A stretch of DNA of 64,000 bases. Source: the human T2T-CHM13v2.0 reference genome, Homo sapiens. Below the pieces are notes generated by a model. The model was not told the origin of the DNA. It saw only the letters and a list, made by a program, of their open reading frames with translations, and did no database searches. Made by a program: the position numbers and the translations under genes. The stretch's first letter is position 1. Every line of letters starts with the position of its first letter. The DNA lies in the NCBI RefSeq assembly GCF_009914755.1, contig NC_060927.1, one strand, 5' to 3'. Of this stretch, positions 54,207 through 64,000 are shown piece after piece.

Positions 54207-54937
54207 AAATCAGCAGTTCTCCCTCAGGGACCTTCTGTCTCCCTCCCTCATACACACCACCACCACCAAACCTCATCTGCCTGCACCTTCTTGAGGTGTA
54301 GGGGCCCAGGAGTTGGGGGGCTAGGGTTCCCCACTGAGGAGGGAAGACCTCAGGTGGGCCATGCTCAGAAGCACTCAGGTGTGGGATCCTGCGCTTCCCT
54401 CAGTACCTTGCCAGGCTCCGGGCTCAGCTGGAGTAGGTGAGTAGGGGTGAACACACAAGGTGAGTCCAATGCAGCTGAGAACAACCCAGGGCACAGCTGG
54501 CGTCCTCCTGCTGCCCCGGAGCAATGATCCTCACTGGGGGCTGACAAGGACAGCCAGGGCGCCGCAGGCCCAGGCCCCTTGCCGGGACCCCCTGCTCATT
54601 ATGGCCCCTCATCCCACCCTTCTTCAGGTGGGAAACTGTTCAATATTCTGAGGTCTAGGTCACCTAGTTCTTCATTTGTTCTTTCCAAATCTATTAATTA
54701 GAACGTGAACCTACGCTCTGGCTCAGGGATTGGATTCCAAAAACCAAAAGGCCAGGCGCAGGAAAATCTTGGTCTTGGAATTCAAAGTTCTGGCATTTGA
54801 AACTAAAAAATCTTGGCTTTTGAAACTCAAAGATTTCTGCCCCCCCCTGCCCCCGATGTTTCTGCCTTTCATTTTTTCCCTGAAACAATGAATGCCACTA
54901 GGAGACGGGGAGAGAGCAAAGGATTCAAGGAAAGGGC

Positions 54938-54971
<34 letters not shown>

Positions 54972-55140
54972 ATGCATGCGCATGCACGTGCACTCACACG
55001 TGTGGGGGAGGGAGGCCGTCAGCAAATATTTGTGGATAAACAGTTAAGAAACCCTTTCTCTTCTTAAGAACAAATTGGATCTAGGGTTAACTTACCAGCT
55101 CTGTCAATCCTAGAAACCATATAAAGGTTGAATGTCAGCT

Positions 55141-55157
55141 GTGTTGCCAGGCAACAC
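55141..55157. promoter_or_regulatory. Candidate RFX X-box palindrome
   Basis: GTGTTGCC-A-GGCAACAC, perfect 8-bp arms, in apparently non-repetitive DNA. Confidence 0.5.
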
Positions 55158-57884
55158 TGTTTATATTAAAATGACCCTTGATTGGTGAATTAGACCTGGA
55201 CTGGGAGGACCACGAAGGAATGACAAGTGTCCGATGGAGACATCATAATGCTTGGCTTTCCCATGTGCAGTGACTCTTGTAAATGGTTATATCCCTTGCA
55301 GGCACCTGTGGGCTTTGCACATGGAGCTGTTGTTATAAGGAGCGTTAGTGCCTATGGGCATGAGTCTTTAGGCCCACGCTGCAGTGCAAGTGTGGCTCTC
55401 ATCTCCTGCGACCTCAGTGGTCATCTGGTGACCAAACAAGATCAGCTCCCTGACTACTGCGAAGACTCTGGGATGGGAAGGGCCTGGTGCCACCCTCAGG
55501 GAGGCTGCTTTCTGGACTGTGTCCTGAGTGACAAGTGTGTCCTATGGTCAGGTGTGATCATTCATTTTCTAGTTGAATGCAAAGAAACCCCCTGGTGGCA
55601 TTCCCCATTAGCTTACTTCTCTGTTTCAGTGACTGCCATGGAGGCATTAGCTGGAGCGACCTCTACAAAAGGGAGGAAGGCAAGTGCCCACTGCATGATC
55701 AGGGCTTCTGCATGCTGCACAGAGCTCACACCATCCCAAGACTCTCTTCAGGTAGAATAACCAGGCCCTTTTAACAGAGGAAGAGACTGCGGCTCCCAGA
55801 GGTAGACACTTGCTGAAGGTCACACAGCAAGCTGGTGGCAGAGCCTGGATTTGAACCTGAACTGGTCTGGAAGACTTATATTCTAGTACTGGCTCTGCCA
55901 GCTATGAGCTGGGAGACTTGTGTGCTGCTCCAAACCTCACTTTCTTCCCTAAAATAAACGAATACAATCACACTACCATACAGGGAGGCTGTGAGGCTCA
56001 AGATAAACTGCTTCCAGAAGCCAGGCACTACAGTGCAGCAGAATCCAAAATCTCCCCCTCTCCCCCACCCTGTCTGCTGCCAACCCACCCCAGGGGCTGT
56101 ACTAGCTGACAAGTTTCTAGTTGCCATCAGCTATGTGGCAGATGTCCCCAGTTTGGCAGAACAGCATTTCCTTGGCACAGATTGTCCCAGGGCACAGCTG
56201 AGACAGAGGTTCTGGCTATGTCAGTGGCCAAGTCTGATTTAAAATGGGGAGGCCGATTGCCAGCATTCCAGATCGTCCCTAGTAAATGTGAGTAAACAGA
56301 GCTGTTGTTAAAGCAGTTGGAGTGAGTCCACTCATTCAATAAATATTTCATGAACACCTACTTTGTGTCAGGCATTGTGGATACTGTTAACCGTGAGCAC
56401 ACATAACGTCTGCTCTTAGGGTTTCAATCTCAATGGAGACAGACACTAATCAAGGAACCACTCAAATTACTATATAGTTTTTAAAAGCCAGTAAATGTTA
56501 CAAATGCAAATTACAGGGTGCTATGAAACCTTGTAACAGGAGGTCTGTTGTAAACTGCTGTTGTATTGCCCACTCAGCCTCGTGACCTCATCTTCTTAAT
56601 TTTCCTTCAGGGACGTACTTTTTCCTTCCATCAGCCCATGTAACTCAGGCGGGAAGGAGTTTATGGTGGGCACATGACCCTGCCTGATGGGAACACTCCA
56701 TTCTCTGACCACTCCAATGACTGGTCAAAGATATGCATGTGACCTAAGTCGGGCCAATGAGATTCGACTCTGGGACTTTTGTAGGGACAACTGGAAGAGG
56801 GTTGTTCTCTCTCAATTGGGGTTTCTAAGCTGGAAGCTCAAATATCTTGAGTTTAAATAGGAGCCCCAGGGGAGAGCTTGCTTAAGCCTGGAGCCTCACA
56901 GAGGAAAGGTGAGAGATTTTTCATTAGGCAGCTTCTGGCAATGTCATTTGAGACCCTAGATCTAGCTATACCTGAAGCCAGATACTAGCTGGGCTTTTCC
57001 ATTATCTGAACCAACAGTCACCCTTTTTGACTTAAGTCACTTTAAGTTTGTTTTTCCACCCCTTGCAATCAAGAGCTCTGCCTGATACAGGACTAAAGGG
57101 TTTTGGAAAGCTTCCCTGAGAAGTGACATTCATGCTGAGTGCTGAAGGACAAGTAAGAGTAAACTAGGCAAAGAGGCCAAGTCTGAAGTCAGCAGTTTTG
57201 GGGTTTAAAAACCTTGAGAAATTTGGGAAAGGGAAGGGGCCTTCATCCTGTGTAGACAGAAAAAGAATTAATGAAGGGATATCACCTGGGAGAAAAGGCA
57301 AGTTGCAAATCACACTTAACCCTTAAATCATTTGTTGTTTTTCATTTCAATAAACATGGAAATTTTCATCCCTATTCACTTTTGAAAAGATCTATATTAT
57401 AATAAGCTCCCTTTGCAGACAGAAGGTGCCCTTCCCTGCACCAGCCATTCCCAAGGGGGTGAGGCCTAAGCCTGCCTTCAAAACCACCTCTGCTTCTGGC
57501 TTTGGGGTACTTTTAAAAGAAAGGAAGAAGGCAGGGGGAGGAAGAGAGGGAGGGAGGAAGGGAGGAGAAATAAGAAAGCAAGAAAGAACAATTAAAGCAA
57601 AAAGCAATTACAGACTGTAAATGGGACCTACTTTTAAATGCAAATAACCATTTCATAATTTACTAGTTTTATGACATTGTGTAATTTTGTGCCTCAGATT
57701 TTCTTAAATTTTAAGCGTTTATTTTTTTCATCACAAAAGTAATATAATCACATTTTGGAATGTGTAGAAGAGAAACAATAACTCTTTCTAATTTCCTTGT
57801 TTCAACCCAGCCAAAGTTAGTTTTTGCCACTTTTCTTCTTTTTGTTTGGCTAGTTCCGTGCAACATACAGAGTGCACTACTTTT

Positions 57885-58025
57885 CAAGCTTCAATGTGCA
57901 TATGGGTCACTTGGAGATTTGTTAAAATGCAGATTCTGACTCAGTAGGTCCCGGGGCCGGGGATTCTGCATTTCTGATAATCTTCCCAGTGGTGGCAGGG
58001 CCAGTCCCAGACCACACATTGTGTC
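57885..58025. mobile_element. MER5A (hAT MITE); another copy lies at ~4100-4240
   Basis: gatttgttaaaatgcagattctgactcagtaggtc..gggg..gg.gattctgcatttct.a.aa.cttcccag. Confidence 0.75.
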
Positions 58026-58239
58026 AGCGGGAGCTGAGGTCAACTCCAGGCTGTGTGGCTTCACGCAACCCACTCAGCATTTTTGTCCCAGTCCCTGAGT
58101 TCTGGTTTTTAGGAGTCTCCTGTTGGCCCCTGAACTGGATGAAGGGGACAGAGAGTCAGAAGATGTCTAAGGCACCAATGTCTAAGTGCTGCTAAAACGT
58201 CCCTGGGAGAAACATGTGGGTTTGAAAGGATAGCTTTGA

Positions 58240-58950
<711 letters not shown>

Positions 58951-58964
58951 GCCCCAGCAACTTC

Positions 58965-59286
<322 letters not shown>

Positions 59287-62200
59287 TCCTAGTAACTTCT
59301 AAGAGAGTGGTGAGGTAACTGCAGGGCTGCCTTAGGGGGGTGGGCGTGGGGTGCAAGATTGGCAGCTGAGTGCAAATGCTCAGGCAGTGGAGCAGAGGCC
59401 AAAGCTGCCACTCACATCTTCCTCTCCCCTTCCTTAGACAACACCACTCCTCTTCCACAGGAATGCTAAACACATAGTTAATTAGATTTGGCTGTGTAGG
59501 TGGGCCAGATGATTAGCTTGTCCAGGTTACCTCAGACATCAGCTTTGCCACGTGTTCACAGAACGCGTTCCCAGCTGAAATCTTAGGATATTAAGTCCTT
59601 AAGATGTCTGCTTGCAGGCAATGAGGAGATACTTTCTGCAGGAGACATTCATTAAGTCTCCACGGCCCCAGCAAGGTCTGACTCACCCTCTCTTCTGCTT
59701 ACCACACACAGGCATCTGCCCTCCCCCTACTCCCACCCTCCCACGCACCCCCTAAACCTCCAACCCCCGCCCAGGCCTCCCACAGGAGAAAAGCCTCCTA
59801 GCCTAGCATTCAAGCTCCATGATCTGGCCCCTGCTCACACCTCTGCCTCATCTTCGGTACACCAGCCACACAGAAGCACTCCTAGTTTCCACCTCCACGC
59901 CTTTGTGTGCAATTTCCTCTGCCTCAAATGCCCTTCCCTGCTTTGGTCACCAAAAAAACACTTCTATTCATCCCTCGAAGCCTAAAATCAGAGGCTCCCT
60001 TCCTCAGAAGGCTTCCCAGTCCCTTTCATGAAGTGCTAACCTCCTCCCCGTGCCTTCTTTGTGACTTGTACAGACCTTACAGAAGGCATGAACTTTTGGT
60101 AGCAAATGGCTTAGGGGGAAAAAAAGGAGGAGGAGGATTCACAGGCTCATGTAGTAGAAAAGTTCAGGTGTTAGACACAGGCTTCCGAGGCAGCTGAGGC
60201 AAAGGGTGAAACCATGCTGCTGGGCCCCTGCCTCTAGCTGTCTATCGATCCTACCTTCCTTCACTCTCAAGCAGCCCCCAGGAGCCCCTGCCTTTACCCT
60301 GCCTGCTTTAAGTTCAGCAGACAGCTTCCCTCTCCCAGTAGCTACACAAGGTCTCAGAATTGATTCTCAACGGTCCAGCGTGGGTCACAGGCTGGTTCTT
60401 GAACGAATCACTCTGGCCAGGGGATCGACAGCTCTGATTGGCCCAGCCTGAGTCACATGGCCACCCATGGGGGGCCAGAAGGTCTGGAGTGGGCAGGGAT
60501 GGATTCTGGAGGGAAATGAGGGTTCCAGAACCAGAGGCCCTGTGGGGATCCCACAACCAAATGCCGCAAGTGCCCACCAGAGACATCTCTTAGTGCTCTT
60601 TTCACAGTGTACCATGATTTATGTCTCTCCTCCAGCTAGGTAGGGTACCAGCATTCTTTTAATTTATAACTCCAGAACATCATTCCAGCCCAGGGGAAGA
60701 GGAGTTTACGAAAGGATCATTAAATTGCACTTTTTAGGCATTTACTTGCTATGTGACCTACATAGCAAGTAAATCAGAACAGAGTCTGACAAGGATTTTT
60801 GTGACATGTATATTAAGGTAATACTTCTTGACATCTTTAAAACCATAAATTGAGGTTTTGCTCAGTGTCCATGTTGTTCAGGGTGAGTCCATGTGTCTCT
60901 CCTTGAATCTTCATGACACAGGGGGAGGAGGACTTCCTCCTTGACAAGTGACAAAACTGAAGCCCAGAGACCTTAAGTAGCTTATCTGAGGTGACACTGC
61001 TGGTGAGCGGAATTGCTAGAGGTTCATCCCAGGCCGCTGCCTCAGAAGCCGTGTGCTCTCCACTGCCCCTGTGCAGAGAGGGTGGCATACCTGGACTTTC
61101 TGGTGGTTTGCTGAAGGAGTTCTCAATTCATTTGGGGCAGGGAGGGGAGGATCTCAAAAGCACCTCTATGGCTTGTTGAAAATATTCCTCTGTCTTGGTT
61201 CAGGCTTCCTCAGAGGCAGACCCTAAGGCAGGGATGCAAGTGCAGGTGTTTTCCTTGGGAGAGGAGGCCGGGTGCACTGCTAAGAGAGGGCCTAGTGAGA
61301 CAGGGAGGGGAAGACAGCCCACCAAGAGAGTTCAGGCGCCAGCCACCTCCACAGGCAACTGGAGCGGAATGCCATGGAGATGTGCTGAGAGCCAAGGAGG
61401 ACCAGAGCTCACAGTGTTGTATCTGAGGGGAAAGGGAGTGGGCATGTTTATTCCCCACTATCTTCAGCCATTGGTCAGGGCTGCTCCCAGGGGCAGGAAG
61501 TTGCCAGCCCATCCAGCAGCGAGAAGAAGGCCTCGGGCACTGCCAGATGGATAGGGCAGTGTGGCCTGAAGAGGCTGGGGCCTCCCACAGAGCACAGACA
61601 GAGGCTGCCAGAAGCCTTTTCCTCCCAAGCTAGGAACCACTCTTCATAGAAAACAGGCCCAAATACTGAAATCAGGGCATTGCAGACCCTTACTGCTAGA
61701 GCGTCTCAGGCACCTGGTCTGCAAAGCCTGGGGCAGCCCCTGGCAGATGTGGCCGGTTGGCCCCATTCTTGCCAGGATTGTTTCTTCTCTTTGCTTTTCC
61801 CTTCGCCCTTCTTGCTGTTTTCCTCAATTTTTATGAGTATTGCACAAAGATGCTCATAAAGAATATACTGGGGGCTCAAAATGCAGCATCTGTGGTTCGG
61901 TGAACAACACAAGGTAATTACTTTCCATTTCTTCTAAGAAAATTATAAAATATCCCAGACACACAAAGAGAAGAAACAGTAACGCAATGAACGAACACCC
62001 ATGCACCCACCCCCAAGCCAAAGAACTAGGCCATTGCAAGCTGATTCCATCACTTCAGGAACCCCCAACCCCTGAGAGAGCATGAGACACAGAGGCTGGA
62101 GCCTAAGGACTCTGCTCTGCCCCTCGCAGCTGTGGACCTTGCACAGTTCACTGCTTTGAGCCTCAGTGTCCTTATCTATGAAATGGTAATGCTAGTACCT

Positions 62201-62488
62201 ACCTCCAGAGAGAAAGTGAAGAAATCTGTGAACTGCTAAAAATGTTTAAGTAGCTGATGCCTTTTCTTTGGGTCTCCCTGTGTCGGAGTCCCTCTGCGAT
62301 GTGGCCTTGAAGCTCTTCCCATTAAAGAGAGAGTCTGTTTCCCCGTCACTTGAATGTAAGCTGACTTCCTGGCTTGACTTGCTCAGGAGAATGTGGCAGG
62401 GGTGACTGTGTGCCAGTTCTGAGCACAGGCCTGACAGGAGCTTGCATGCTTCCTCTCGCTCTCATGCCATGAGAACAAACCTGATCTA

Positions 62489-63217
<729 letters not shown>

Positions 63218-64000
63218 TTAGCAAAAATGGGCAGCAGTAAGTCTGGCCGCTTCTCAATGCTTGTCAGCAAACAAAGATGCAAGGATACTCACATCCTCCC
63301 ACCCCAGCAGGGATCCTGTGGGTGAGCTCGTCAGCGCCAGGGAGCATGTCTGTTACAGCAGCAGTATTAATGTATTTGCTTACACAGGTATCCCCACTGC
63401 TTGCGGGGGAAAAAAGATGTGCGTGAACTTGGTGTCAGTGAATGCTGCCTCCTGACACATTTTTCTTGTTACATTTCTTTTCCCTGTCACAGTCATTTTT
63501 GGTCATTTTTATCCTGTTACAGTAACATACAAATATCCTGACATTTCTTCAGAGATCTTTGGAAGTCCTATTTTCTCCTGACTGCCAAGAAAAAAAGGAC
63601 AATGAGACGTTATATCTTGTCATCCTAAGTCACACCACCCCCGCCCATCAAGAACTACTTCAGAACAGAAACGTGTCAGTTAGCTACTGCTGTGTAACAG
63701 ACACTACAAACTCAATGGCTTAAAACAGTAAATGTTGCTTATGAGATTACAGGTCTACAGATCAGCTGGGTGATTCCTCTGGTCTCAGCTGGGCTCCCTC
63801 ACATATCTGACGTGAGCTGACAGTCAGGTAGACAGCCCTGCCGATCTGTCCTGGGCTCTCTCCCTTGTTTGGGGGTCAGATGGCTGCTTCATGCTAGTGC
63901 AGGATGTGTGTTGGGACTCATGGGCTCTCCTCCATGTGGTTCAGCATCCTCCAGCAGGCTACAGAGAGGGTTTGTTCTCATGGCATGAGAGCGAGAGGAA

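Overview
This is primate, almost certainly human, genomic DNA: Alu/L1/L2/MIR/LTR-rich, with one CpG island and no prokaryotic features. Two gene-related elements can be read directly. (1) A 5'-truncated, intronless processed pseudogene of RHBDF1 (iRhom1) on the minus strand at ~4657-7189, with a poly(A) tail and target-site duplication. It sits inside an old L1 and is itself interrupted by a very young AluYa5-like element. (2) A 55-nt minus-strand coding first exon in the CpG island at ~34.6-35.7 kb (35387->35333), which the ORF track misses. It encodes MRGWRRNLALCLQRLPDE and ends at an AAG|GTAAGA donor. I recognise this from memory as the Cys11-palmitoylated leader of the GRIP2/ABP variant pABP-L. 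This fits my recollection that the locus is GRIP2/RHBDF1P1 on 3p25.1 (not verified by search). If so, bases 1-35332 are intron 1 of that isoform and the right half is upstream intergenic DNA. Structure not explained by standard repeats includes a 99-bp, 94%-identical inverted repeat around a microsatellite (~31.9-32.25 kb), two short local copies that look like templated insertions (13.8/15.6 kb and 43.2/44.8 kb), a perfect 15-bp hairpin, a 3x55-bp tandem repeat and RFX X-box candidates. I see no evidence for a wholly new multi-gene system. Repeat subfamily names are by-eye calls and many repeat boundaries are approximate.
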